From: Bispira polyomma
Lineage: Eukaryota
DNA: 64,000 bases
Direction of reading: 5' to 3'
Assembly: GCA_965649765.1 (NCBI GenBank)
Contig: OZ287751.1
Location: 69,812,001 to 69,876,000 of the forward strand
The position numbers were made by a program, and so were the translations under genes. Within the stretch, counting starts at the first letter, position 1. Each line of letters begins with the position of its first letter. The notes under the pieces were generated by a model. The model was given only the letters and a program-made list of their open reading frames with translations, did no database searches and was not told where the DNA came from. Positions 1 to 12,910 of the stretch are shown piece after piece.

Positions 1-2252
1 CTGTTGGCTAGCAATTTTAAAATCTGTTTTTTTTCAAATTTCTTTGAATTGATTTTTAATTGACCTATCCATGGTACTGATTATTAAATCAAGAATGAAA
101 ATAACTGAAACACTTCAGCTTATATATCAACCAAAATATGTCAGGCCTTCATAAAAAGTGCAATTGATTGTAATTCAAAAGTGTTTTCAAATTTATCCTT
201 TTACATTGAATGGTATTTAATGTTTCTTTGAATGAAAAAACACACCTTAGAAAGAATATAAAGGTAAGAAGCCATTACAATTAAGTGTACATCTAAAATA
301 TGCCTATTGCATCCAAATACTTTGCTTCATACTTTAAAGCAATCAACTGTACATCTTCAAGTAATCCTATCAGCTTTATAATCCTGAGAATTACCTGTGC
401 ATTAACAGTGACCCTCTTGTGATACTTTTGACCTTGAGTTTATATCCTTAAAATATCATTTAATAAGCCTAATGTGTGAATAGTTAATTTTAATCCTATG
501 TTAATACTACAATATTTACAAACTAAGAACAAAAGGTCACCTTAGTGTTTGCAATGATAAAATTTGTGAGTTTAAGGTAACCTGAACTTAAGGCTCACTT
601 GCTTTACTTTGAGGTTACCTTAAGTTGAGTTTAAGCTTTGAACTGTACAAAAATTTTGCATGCATAATAATTAATTTCTTAATTGGAAGGTATGCTATAA
701 AGACATCAGCTTATTTTGGAACATTGAAGAAATAAATATTGAAGAACAATTTCTAGTTTATCATGGGAAGCCAATGAGGGTTGTAACTTAAATTATTGAA
801 AAATATTTATCCTAAAAATATTAATACAGTATATGTATAATCCCTCATACACATAAATTAATTCATTTAATTAAAAAAATCTATGAACTTTTTTATGTGC
901 ATATTTTAACAGTAATTTTATGTAAAAATAACTTTGATCCCTAAACATAAATGAGATGTGTAAAACTGAACTGTTATACATGTACTTGTATCAGACATTA
1001 ATTAATTTCATTGAAAGAATCAATAAACCATTTTAATTTTATGAAAAAAATTACTTTTATCCGTTACATATATTTACTGAATTTGGTTCAGTGAATATGT
1101 GTAACAACTACCGAATTACTTTAGGGAAATTATAGAGAATACGCGTATGCCCTGACCAAAACAGAGAATATGCATATACGCATTCCCTGATTATGCATAT
1201 TCACTGTAATATATACAGTGGTACCCTGTACAGTAGAATATGAAGAGACCATAAACATTTGTTCTATTTAAAATAACAGAACTTCTACTAAACAGGGTAA
1301 ATTTAAATTAGAAATACAGCAATAGGACCCTAAAATAACTTCTACTTAACAACTAATTCCACTTATCAGAGTTTTACATAAAGGGGTTTGACTGTATATA
1401 TTCATTGTATATTAGAAGCTATTTTTAACTTGTTTTTTTTTATTATTTGTTGCACACATTTGTTTTCTCAAGGTTTACTTTCTAAAAAGCAACATCCACT
1501 GGTACTAAGGGTTAGAAACTTTCAATAATAATACAATTTGATATTATTATTGTAGAAGTATTTATTATTATTATTATGCATTTTTAACATGCTTTATTGA
1601 TGCTAGGCATCTTCTCAAGCGCAACAGCAGAATCAGTGATCCAATTGTAAAGTCCATGGACATAACAAGGTTGTAAGGGTAGGGGGGTTAACAACTGGCT
1701 AATCAGCAAGCAACCAGACCAGGTGTTAACCCACCCCGTAGCATCTGGCGGCAAGGGGCGCAACTCCCTTTCACGCTTCACATGGTGAAGGGGCCGTAGC
1801 CTAATCATTTATATAGCGCCATTGTTAAAGATCATCGTCTAGTGCACTTGTTTTTGAAAAATAAATAGTCCTACAACATAGCATAGGCTATTATTAGTAG
1901 GCAATGGTATATTCACATCTTACCCAAAGATTTTAGCTAATCAATGAACCTCGCAGCATTAGCATGAGTGGAACTGTGGACCTCCAGTTCACTCTGATTA
2001 ACTCATTCAACTAGGAGGAAAACCAGGGACCTACTCCTGACCACTAGTCAATGGGAGACAGCAATTATAGTGTGATTGAGTGGTGGTATAGAGTGCTAAA
2101 CATTATACAAAACCATATACCCTGTATATAATACTTTTTACACTATAAGCTACTTTTACTTGCTATTTATTTTTAAATTTAACTTTCAGCAAAAATTCAC
2201 TAAAAAGTTTTTACAAGAAAGTATAGTAACAACAGCAAAGTAGTAACTATAC

Positions 2253-2383
2253 CCATATAGAGAAGCTTGTGGGACCAAGAGACTGTAGCTCAACACTATG
2301 AAACTTCCCCTCATATTTGCTCTCAGTTTCACCTGTGTGTACTGCTAATACCTCCTGAAGTTTGACATTCTGGTTTTCTGTTT
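2253..2383 (-). CDS. CERK: CERK-like coding exon 2
   Basis: TTTTTTTCAG acceptor, phase matches exon 1, VKLQEVLAV motif; donor TGG|GTATAG is weak, so the 3' boundary is uncertain. Confidence 0.65.
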
Positions 2384-5300
2384 CTGAAAAAAATAGTTTC
2401 GGAAATATATAATAGTAGTAAACCATTGAATGAATAGTCTATATTTAAGGAATTAATCTAACATTTACAATACCATGCATAATACAATCATTGTATACAT
2501 ATTAGTCAAAAGATGTTGACCTCATCTGCACAGTTATATAGGTACTATAGAATCACAACATGGCTAAATTGTGTCTTTGAACAAATGTAGGGTTTTACCC
2601 AAAGGAAGAAAGAGTGGAATGAAAGAAGTCGATATTTCCTGAGGATATATTTTCATAATTGGAAAAACTATGAATATTGTTCCAGTCAGGTACCATGCCT
2701 GTACAACGGTGTTTAAAACATCAGAATAACTATGGTGAATAAAAAGCAAATGTTATAGAATGTGGTATTTGACGAGTAAAATGCAAATTTTGCCACGTGA
2801 TGTATACGTAGTGGGGGCAGACCAGTTCAGGCCCGGGTACCAATCAACGCCCGCCTTGTAAACTATTGCAAATATTGGTTGCAAAATAAAGCACACAGAA
2901 GTAATTACTATGTAAAAATCAATTATTATATCAGTATGAGTGTATAACCAAAAGTCTGTTAAAAATAGATGTTCCTACAACCACAGGGTTGAGATGAGAA
3001 ACCCGCCCGGGTATTACCCGCCCGGGAGAACCCGGGTTAACCCGTACTGGGCAATATCCCTAAGTAGGCAATACTGGGCAATACTCCTAAAAGTGGCCAA
3101 TACTCCAAAAAGGGCGGGTAATACTCCAAAAGTTGGGCAATACTTCAAAAGGGGTGGGTAATACTAGCAAATGTGGGCAGTGTCATTATTTATTTTTAAA
3201 CATGATGAGAATGGAGCGGCCCTTGGGGTCACATCGTAGAGACCACAGGGGCAAGGTCAAAGGTCAAACTGAGGTCAGACCATGACGTTGCACAACTAGA
3301 CCCCCTAATGAACATCCATGCCAAGTTTAAAGTTGTTTCACCTTACGGTTGCCGAGATACAGCCCGGACAAGATTTTAAAGGGCAAGGTCAACGGTCAAA
3401 CCGAGGTCAGACCATGACGTTGCACAACTAGATCCCCTAAGGTACATCCCAACCAAGTCTGAACTTCTTCCACCTTGTATTTCCCGAGATACAGCCTGGA
3501 CAAGATTTTCGAGTCCAAGATCACAGGGGCCAAGGTAAAAGGTCAAACTGAGGTCAGACTATGACGTAGCAAAACTAGACCCCCTAGGGAACAACCCTGC
3601 AAAGTATTAAGTTTTTCCACCTTATGGTTGCCGAGATACAGCCCGGACCAGATTTTCAAGTCCAAGGTCACAGGGTCAAGGTCAAAGCGAGGTCAGACCA
3701 TGACGTTGCACAACCTAGACCTCCTAAAGAACATCCCAACCAAGTTTGAAGTTCTTTCACCTTTCGGTTGTCGAGACCTGGCCCAGACAAGGTTAGCAGC
3801 AGTCACCCGCCCGACCAGCCGGACAACATGGGTGAAAACAATACCTGCACAGCCTTTATGGGCTGTGGGGTAAAATGGGTCAAAACATCTAGTAGGTCGA
3901 AACGTCTGGTATTCGAACTGGCACATTTACCATGAACTGGTGTTCTAACACTACGACACATTCATTGCATGATGGCCGATTCATGACAGACGGACAAATT
4001 ATAACTATTTTTCGGTGCCATGGAAGGAAAGTACACCTCTAATCCATGATATCATCACTTAAAGCTCTTTATAATTGAATTTTTTTTTAATAGAGTACAG
4101 TATTGTGAGGCCAATCAATTTAATTTAAACAAGTTACAACACATACACTGTATGATGGCCGATTTATGACAGACGGCTGAATTATAACCACAAGCAGTAG
4201 AGTAGACAATATATAAACAAGTTACAACACATACACTGTATGATGGCCGATTTATGAAAGGCAGCCAAATTATAACCACAAGCACTAGACAGAATTGTCG
4301 TACGATGATGTTTTGATGCATACGTTATTTCGATACAGAAAGTTATGTTCCCAGAATAAATTGCTCAAAAATTACTAAAGGTAACATTTTTTATTAAATA
4401 TGCCGAGAAAGCTTAGTAAAATGCAAAAATTGTGCTTTTTGTTGCATCAAAATCTGTTGAGAAATGGCCAAAATATTCAAGTTTAAATATAAGTACCCAT
4501 TTTTAAGTGCATTTTAGTAGTCGTCCTAGTACTTTCCACCACCCTGTGTACCCATGGGCTGTGTGTGCGATTTTCATCGGCCTAAAACCATTGTTAAATA
4601 CTACATACACTCATTGTTGTTCCGTCAGTTGCTGCTAGAAACGTATTTTAGAGGGAACAAATTATGTGTATATCATGGTTGTTGGTCTATATGGAGTCTG
4701 TGGGGGTATCGGCGATAATCCGGAAATTTAACCAAATAGGGTTAAAAGTCAAATCCGAATTGTTACAAACCCTAAATATTAAAGTATATGTGTACTTCAT
4801 GTAATTCTGTACCTTATATAATTCTAAAACTTTTATTTGTGCTACTATCATACTTTATGAATATACACACTAAGTGTTTCTGCTTCTCCAATCCCAGAAT
4901 GCGTTGTGCTGTGACGTCAGATGACACAACATTTGGGACCGTTTCAACACCTTAACCATTTCGAATTTAAAACTCGGAGGGATCGCCCACCCATTATATA
5001 CAACATTATTATATTTTCAATCTATATTCTATGGTGTTTGTGATAAAATAATAAAAGGTTATGGAGATATTGTGAGTTTGAGTTGGATTTTAGATCCAAA
5101 ATTGTTAAAAACACCAAATAAGTTACTTTTTTAATAGTAATTACTTTTTTCTCAACTATGAATACTGCACTTAAAAGGGAGTTAGCCAGAGTGATAACAG
5201 TATCCACCACCAGATCCTTCGGCGATTTTACAATCACCTCCCAGTACCCTCCCATTGATGACAGGAGATGTTTGAGGGTTGAAGTTGGGAGAAGTAGAAT

Positions 5301-8300
5301 ATAAAAGGAAATGAAATATGAAAGTGCACTAAAAAAAGCGGACAAATTATTGTTTGGCAAAAAGTCATTTTGGGGGGTAGAATTGTGACGATCCCGGGGT
5401 TTCCGATCCCCGAGATTGGCGGCGCTCTGAGTTTTAGTACCCTCCCGTTTTCCGGTTCACCGCTAGGTCACAGGGATTTGGTAAACAAGCTAAAAATAGC
5501 AGCGAGGCGCCAGCCTAAGTAAACAAGTTTGGATTAACCACAGGGATCCGTGGACAAAGGATGAGAGATAGCTTGGGTGCTTGACCAATGACAATCCCTC
5601 TTTCATCCAGAGATTCCCAACTTGGGGTAGATAAACCAATAGGGTAGTTTGTAACTGTTTTGGGGGGGGTGATCTGGGGGGGACTTCTGGATGCCTCATG
5701 GTAGATTCTGTCTCTTTTGTGCTGGGATTTTGGTGAGGAAGGACCTACATCACTTGATAGGTATGGTTTTCATTAAGTTTTAATATGTGAGTTTTTATCA
5801 TGTTTGGTGGGGACAGGGGGGGGGGGGGGGGGACGTGGGAGATTAGGGAATCATCTCATCATTATTCTAAATTTACTATAATAAAATCAGGTAAACTAGG
5901 GGGTTATAAAATTTAATACTTTGAACTTTATTTGTTAGGGAAGGTATATAGTTCTCAGGTAAAAGGCCTTTATTTTGTGATCTTGACCTTCATTGGTTAT
6001 TTCCATTCATCCTGGACCTACATGTCTGGAAACTGTATTTGTAAATTCATTCATTATCATACTTCATAAAATAAAATACTTGGGGGCTAGGATTGGTCTT
6101 CCTAGTCTGGTCAGTTTTCCCTGTTTAGACCCGGGGAAGGACTTCTGTCCTTAGTGCAGATGGGCAGGATTGGTATTTTTATTTATTCATTAAAACAGGC
6201 GACTGCACACCTGTTTTGGTAGCAACTTCCGGGGGATAGGTGCATGGAAATGTGGCTGGGGAGTATACCTGGACAGTCACAGGGCTAGGGTAGTTAACCC
6301 AGGGTGGCCCCTGCTTGCGGGCAGTTTCTGTGAGGGTTCTGAGGCAGGTAGCCAGGAATGAACCCTGCACCTATTTAAAAGTTATTTCATCATTCATCAA
6401 TCTACCATTCATTTCATGGAGTTGTTTCCTTCCTTTCTTCTATCTAAATCCATGGGTTGGGATATGAGCTAGTGGCGGGTACCCTTGGGTTGGGACAGTC
6501 CGGTAGATTTCGGCCGGCTGCATTTCGGCTTCGGCCATAATTCAGCTTCCCGGGGTTCCCTTACTGTTACCGTCCCGGGTGGTACTATTACCTCTAGCCC
6601 TAAGGGCGGTATTCTGGGTTGGGAAATGGTTAGGGTAACGGTAGGGCTGGGTGTAGTTTGTATATATTGTACATATTGTAGACCTGTATATATTAATGTG
6701 TTAATTGATAAACACATGTGAGGTTTATTCACTCTAGTGTGCGTAATGATTTCACAGTAAGTAGTCCAACTGGTATATAATAATGAGTAATTAATTCTTG
6801 CAAGGATTTCCGAGCCAATTTTAACTAAATGTTAATACAACTTTAAAGTATAATATGTAATTTGGATTATCACATGGCCGTAAGTACCTTTTAAATCTTG
6901 TATTGATTATATTTTGTGGATTATATGTGTCATCTGTACAACTGGTCCTTCAGGTAAATATATTCCCCCATAAATTCTAACCGGAAAGCTCTATGGATGT
7001 GACTCAGACCACACTTCAAGACTAGTTTAATTATGTGGTATCAGGGCAGACCAAGTACAGACTTGGCTCTCGCTTCACATTATTACAAGTAATATAGGGT
7101 TTCATCATAAATTATCATCCTTGATTATTCTTATTATTAATATAAAAGTATATATATTTATATATAACTTATTATAAATATCCTGGTTCTGTTATCGATT
7201 ATAAATTTAACTTATTACTACCTAATCTTGGCATCCCCTTGCAAAAATTCACTGGTTTGTTTGTTTTATTTACTTGACTGTTATTCTAAATTATCACCCG
7301 TGAGATTGTTCTGATAATTATTAACCTGACACATATTTCTACAATGTATAGTTAGCCCCTTTTTCTCTTGAGATGGTTTTCTTTTCTTTCGTAACTATAC
7401 GGGAGTGTAACACCTTAATATAATTTTCCTTATTCAAATGCTTTAAATGATGCTTTCTTTCTCACGTTAATTTGTGGTTGCTGTTATTAATTTTGTACTT
7501 TTGCTTTAATCACTGTATTGCTTTATTCCTTAAATTCCCTTTAATATTAAGTTCTGGCACTTTTGGTTACATTTACTAAATTTACTCACCCTGATATGAT
7601 TTATGTGTGTGTGTGGGTTGTCTATGTTTCCTAGTAAAATTATTTCAATGTTTCTTTTAATTATTCTTTAAATTAGTGTGTCCCAAATATATGTTTCTAT
7701 TTGAAATATATAACTATTCCTTCAATTATTCCATAACTTAGGGTTTTGAATATGTGAACTTTTCTCCTGTTGTCACCCGAGTTATCATGCTATTTTCCCC
7801 CTTCAAAATTCTAAATGTTTAAATATTTCCACCAAGTTTGGTTATAAATTATTGTAACTATTAAATTGTCTCCCCTTTCTTTAAAAGTATAATGTTTCTA
7901 CATACACCATTGTGTGTTATTAACTTAATTCTATTATATTAATTGGGTTCAATGTTATGTTTTGGGTCCGTGTTTGTTGGTATGTTGGCCGCATCCACCG
8001 GTTGGCATTCACCTTAAAATTAATATGTCATGATACCTCTTGTGTCAACTTGTGTTCTATTCACACTTATTTACCCATCTAATTTACACACATTTTACCA
8101 TGTTACACCCAACTGGGTATTCCATTTCATTAATAAAACTTTATTATTATTATTATTACATTTTATGTTTCACTTGACATGTGTTATATAATACTGATTC
8201 AAAACAATTTTGTATGGTGACCTTAATTGGCCTTTACTTTAGTTTAAGTTTCACTTCAAGGTGACCTTAATTGGCCTCTACTGTAGTTTAAGTTTCACTT

Positions 8301-10405
8301 TAAGGTGACCTTGATTGGCCTTCACCTGATTTTAAGTTTCATTTAAGGTAAGATCCATATATGATAGCTGTCCTTGTGTGCTACAACTTAACTGAAATCT
8401 CAGTGCCTAGGTTGCAAAAGTCTCATCTTGCCCACGATTTCCTACTCTACAGTTAGCTCGGCAGGTGTAAAGAACTGGGGATGTTCAAGTGTCACGCTAC
8501 CACGTTACTTGAACATCCAATCTAGTATATTGATTTCGTATAATTTATACAATATCAAGGTTGGGGATGTAAGGTGATATAACTCGGAATTTGGACTGGT
8601 TTGGTGGGATTCTCAGATGGTTAGTGACAGTTTGTCTGGTCTGGAACCAAAGGGGGAATAGCCACCAATAAGGGTTCAATGAGTTTGGCCATCCCCAGGT
8701 ATTAAGTAATACGGAAATCAGGGGATGAGGCAGATATTTGTAATGGTTGGTTAAGCCATAATTTAACCTGGTGGCAGCTACTTTACTATAAAGTTTTATA
8801 CTTTACTGATTTGGCCTAAGTGAACAGGCAATGGCAGAAGCCTGACAAGGGGGCGGTCGGGTTGTAGAGTACCAACCATCCATCGACCCATTCCACGACA
8901 GGGTTGAACTTCTGCGGGTAAAATAGGTGGTGCGGGGCGAAGTACTCACCACGACACACACTTGGACCCGTGTTGGGAGACACCAACAAATAACCTAACC
9001 GGGTACCCCCGTCTTGCCACAGAATGTTGTCAAAAATTTATTTTTCAATATACACCATGGGCTTGGTGTGTGTGGGGGTCTTTTATTTTTGCAACATGCA
9101 GTTGAATAGAAATGGAAGAAAATGATAACATAGTCTAGCTATCCATTGCCGCTTACCAGTTACCTATCATTATACAAAGAGTAGTCTAGTGACCCACTGC
9201 TTCTCTCCAGTTACCTACCACTGTACACAGAGTAATCTAGTGCTCCCACTACCCCTCACCAATTACTTATCATTATAGAAATAGTAGACTAGTGCTCCCA
9301 CTACCCCTCCCCAGTTACCTATCACTGTACAAAGCGTAGTCTAGTGATTCCTTGCTTTGATACCGATTACTTGAAACTCTTTTTCTCAAATTTTATCCGA
9401 TGTTGATCCTTGTTTTTGGACACTGCACTTAACATGCATGGTGTAATCCCACATAAAATGTCAAGTAAAATGTATCCTGTGACAGAAAGGATTAGCCACT
9501 CAGCTCAATTTAGAACAAGGTTTGATGTATCACAGATTTAGGAGATGGTTTGTGTGTGACAAGTAAATTGCAATTCATATGACCAAACAGCCTAGAAACA
9601 GGAAAAAGCTTTTGTAAACAATTGTATAAAAATGTCTATTTTGTTTGTGTATGTGTGTGTCATCAGTCTGTTGTCTTATCACTGTAGCACGAGCCCACAT
9701 AGAACTGGAGATTTCTAAATACAAAAAACCTTTGCATTTCAATGTTTTGAAGTCTGTTAATTACGCCCATTAAATTCTGTGGTTGATAAGACCTATTGGT
9801 ATATTTCGTTGACTGGATTTGTTGCTCGATTTGGAGGTCAATGAATTGAGAATTTTAATCTGTGTGGTATGTGTGTATTTAGAAATATCCAATTCTACAT
9901 AGGCTCGTGCCACGGCGATAAGACAGCAGACTGACGTTCGCAGCGGTAACCACGGCTATTGCTAGTATGCAATTAATTAAGATCATTTTAAACAGATTTG
10001 CATATAAAAATCGATATATATTTGTAAACTACATATTTTTTGTTTGTGTACTTTGCGTTGCTTACGTCCTCGATATCCCATTCACTGACTTTATAAACTG
10101 AGAACCTGTCCTGCAGCCAAACTGCAAGCTATTTCTTGTTAAAAGGGCTTTAATTGCTTTAATATAGAAGCATCCATAGATTTCACCAAGGTAATAATTA
10201 ACTAAACATGGCTAGAACCATGCACTTGTGGTATCTGACTTGATCACTTACTGACAAGTGGTTCTGAATATGGTCCACTGGTAGGGGTCCTTCCTGAGGA
10301 AGCTGTCGCCTCCCAGTATATTTCTGATGCCGTAAGTTTCACAGAAAATGGCTTTCCTTGTACTTCGAGTGTAGATTTTAGCAAAATAATTTCGTTTGAT
10401 GCCAT
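2253..10405 (-). CDS. CERK: Ceramide kinase-like gene, 5' part (N-terminal PH-like region); exons 10405-10252 and 2383-2253; remainder presumably left of the window
   Basis: ATG at 10405 opens MASNEIILLKSTLEVQGKPFSVKLTASEIYWEATASSGRTPTSGPYSEPLV, ending at a phase-1 GTAAGT donor. A polyT-CAG acceptor at 2384 continues in phase: KTENQNVKLQEVLAVHTGETESKYEGKFHSVELQSLGPTSFSIW. This resembles the CERK N-terminus as I recall it (LQSVLWV..AVSL...W / VPVSEIIAV...GKW...PYAFTV). Head-to-head position next to TBC1D22 supports the call. No kinase domain is in the window. Confidence 0.7.
2983..3180. repeat. Repeat fragment with short internal tandem units (GGCAATACTCCAAAAG-like)
   Basis: Repeated CCCGCCCGGG and GGGCAATACTCCAAAA motifs; interrupts a MITE copy at 2810-2980. 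Confidence 0.5.
3198..3875 (+). mobile_element. Helentron-associated (HINE/pearl-like) non-autonomous element with about four ~130-150-bp core repeats
   Basis: Tandem cores GGTCAAAGGTCAAACTGAGGTCAGACCATGACGTTGCACAACTAGA...; followed by a short CCGN microsatellite-like tract and a terminal hairpin CACAGCC-TTTATG-GGCTGTG before a GGGTAAAA end. Confidence 0.75.
4125..4290. repeat. Tandem repeat, ~88-bp unit x2 (partial copy near 3950-4010)
   Basis: AAACAAGTTACAACACATACACTGTATGATGGCCGATTTATGA repeated. Confidence 0.75.
5384..9021. mobile_element. 3.64-kb ORF-less element with TGT...ACA ends and 4-bp TSD (very long solo LTR, or non-autonomous Ginger-like element)
   Basis: GAAT|TGTGACGA...TTGCCACA|GAAT; short imperfect terminal inverted repeat; no ORF of 100 aa or more; G/T-skewed composition distinct from the flanks. 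Confidence 0.72.
8216..8350. repeat. 44-bp tandem repeat x3
   Basis: GGTGACCTTAATTGGCCT...TTTAAGTTTCACTTYAA repeated. Confidence 0.8.
9130..9370. repeat. ~50-bp minisatellite x4-5
   Basis: TAGTCTAGTGCTCCCACTACCCCTCCCCAGTTACCTATCA-like units. Confidence 0.8.
9661..9935. mobile_element. MITE with ~65-bp imperfect terminal inverted repeats
   Basis: TCAGTCTGTTGTCTTATC...GATTTCTAAATAC pairs with GTATTTAGAAATATC...GATAAGACAGCAGACTGA. Confidence 0.7.
10252..10405 (-). CDS. CERK: CERK-like coding exon 1
   Basis: 154-nt open frame from ATG to a consensus GTAAGTG donor (phase 1). Confidence 0.72.
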
Positions 10406-12711
10406 ATTTAACTGACTAGAAGCTTAAAAATGGCTTGTTGATAATAAATCTGTGACATCTCTTCAATGGGTCGATTATAAAAAAAATGACAACGTTAAAT
10501 TTCTTAAAGGTACATTTCAAACATATCCCGGAAAATTCGGTTCGGAATATATGACACATTGGGATTCAAAATTTTAAAACCTAACTTTTGGCATTTCACA
10601 AAATCACTTGATCTGACGGATCTAGATCCTCTAGATCACTTGGATTTATGGTTGTGAAACACGCCAAATAACAAACTATACAAAAATTGTAATAAGATAA
10701 ATAATTTTCATATGATAAAGTATAGGACTGTAAATTCTTACCAAGTTATAGTACTCCTTCTTGGCTTTAGTCATCTGCATATTGAAGTGGTTCGTACCCA
10801 GTCTATAGCGCTTCCTGATTTTGTGTGATACCATACACAGTCAAGTTGTCCGAGTTAGCCGTTTGGCTTCCTTGATGTCTGGGCTAGTCAACTTATGGGT
10901 TTGGATAGGGGAAGGGTTATTGAAACCTGAGGATAAAGTTTGGCAATATTGCAGAGTGAGGCTGACCACATTCTGGCATGGTGTATATATATTTGATTAA
11001 GCAAGGTTTTTGTGACACCGGTTTGGGAAATGTGAGATGGGCAAAAGTGGCCCATTAAGCTAATTAAGTTGTATATTGACTGGATTTGTACTAAAAAGGA
11101 AGTATATTCACAATATTAAAATGCACTGATAATTCAGTTACAAAATATCAACCTTGCAAGCTTGGTTTGAGGATCAACTTAGCAACACGTAAATGGAGCA
11201 TCTGATTTGATGCTATTTGCTACAGCAAAAAAATTTGATTGGGATATGAGACACATGGTGTAACAATTTTATATAGTACATGTTTCACTTCAAATCAGGT
11301 GCTCCGTTTTTGCACTCTAGCTCTTACACAAAGCCTTCCATACAAGTGGACTTTGCTGCATGTATTACACGATAGAAACAGCTGGTAGCTACAAGCACTG
11401 CTTGGCTCTCACCTCTACAGATAGAGAATCAAATAATGATGTCACATTGCCTCCATTGTGTGTAAAAAAAAAATGGTATTCATTTATGTACTAAAACTCT
11501 TTCCTGTATAATGTTGTAACACTTATTGTATATTGCTCCATAACTCACCAAAGTAAATAAAAACTAAATGCCTGAAATGGGCATACTGTCAGCCACATCT
11601 GTAAAGTTAAAATATTATATATACGTACAAAGCAATTCTTCAATAAATATCATATGTGTGAATAAAAACAAATATAATTTTGGTCGTGTCAAATCTGACC
11701 ACTGTATTAGGTCACCTAAATTTGGTTTTCTATACACTATTAATACATTCGCAGGCTCCAAAACTGATAGTAAACGAGAAATAAAGGTAAAACATAAACA
11801 TTGACAAATTTACAGTCATAACAATAACACTAAAACAAAAATACATGGTTCAAAATCATGCCAGTAAGTTTGTAGAGATATCCTTGCAAGTTTCATGACA
11901 AAACAAGCAATATTTTTAGATATTACATATAATACTGAAAATTTACATTTGTAACCCCAGTTTGAGATTAAACCTAGCATACAATACACTCTTTGTGTTC
12001 TCACAATGATGCTGCATCACATTTTTTAATAAGAGCAGAAGACATCATTTAATAAAAGTGCTGGATAAATAATAAGAACATAGAGAATAAGACTGTTATG
12101 CAAAGAACATTCCTGTTGGAAGGGAAAGAGGTGAAAAATTAAAGGTTATGAATACAGTGCAAGTAAAAGCTAGAAACAGGAGTGTTGAGAAAAAAATGGT
12201 ACTAGATAAACCCTCAAAAGAGATACATACAAGGACTCTAAAACTGATTTTGATGTGACATTCACAATCTATAATATAATTAACTTTTCGAAAAAAAACC
12301 TTCATTTGGTATTCAGAGTGCTAATTATCTCTTTCCTGACTGTAGCAGTCAACTACACGAGTTACTGTCATTCCCCTAACTGTACACCATTATTTTTAGA
12401 ATATGAACATTCAGTGATAACATAAAATAAAAATTATATATGCGTTTATTACAATCAAATATCATCACATCAAAATCAGCTTTAGAGACCTTGGCTCAAA
12501 TAATGCTTAAACTGATAATAACCTCACATGTAGCAATATCTTTAGATATATATATTTAAAACAAATATGCAAGACATTACTGTATTCTTTTGATCCTTGC
12601 TAAAAGCTTTATTAAAATAAATGTCTAAAATTACTTTTTGGATTATAATTTAACATTCGTATTTAAATTTTAACGTTTGTATTTAAAGAAGAATCTGTCT
12701 ATTGAAATATA

Positions 12712-12721
12712 GCGCATGCGC
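12712..12721. promoter_or_regulatory. NRF-1-type palindromic site GCGCATGCGC upstream of TBC1D22
   Basis: Perfect consensus about 110 nt upstream of the TBC1D22 ATG, in very AT-rich DNA, inside the 2.4-kb divergent intergenic region. Confidence 0.5.
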
Positions 12722-12827
12722 TGTAATCATAAAAACAAACTGCAAATGGAGTTTATCTCTGAAAGTTAAAAATAATCAATTTTGCAAATAATGATTGTAA
12801 GATCAGCTGTATGGTGTTAGAAAAACC

Positions 12828-12910
12828 ATGTCAGCTATAAATTTGCCACATTCAAAAGATGCGAGCAAGTCATCATTCTGGAAGAAAAGCTCAAAATCCG
12901 TCCCTGGAAG
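12828..12910 (+). CDS. TBC1D22: TBC1D22 exon 1
   Basis: ACCATG start; MSAINLPHSKDASKSSFWKKSSKSVPG; weak AG|GTTGCC donor, phase 2. Confidence 0.85.

Noticed and set aside
395-450. Short minus-strand AG...GTAA segment as a further CERK exon
   Set aside because: The open frame (YKLKVKSITRGSLLMH) does not fit the phase-0 donor of exon 2 and has no clear family motif.
1584-1808. 74-aa minus-strand ORF as CERK exon 3
   Set aside because: The HVKR resemblance is only a few residues; there are no convincing splice sites and the expected downstream motifs are absent.
5022-6732. Short ORFs in and near the 3.6-kb element as gag/env remnants
   Set aside because: No recognisable retroelement motifs; the lengths are what chance would give.
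11450-12400. Hidden gene between CERK and TBC1D22
   Set aside because: The ORFs are low-complexity with no splice-consistent structure; this is more likely a decayed repeat that I cannot classify.
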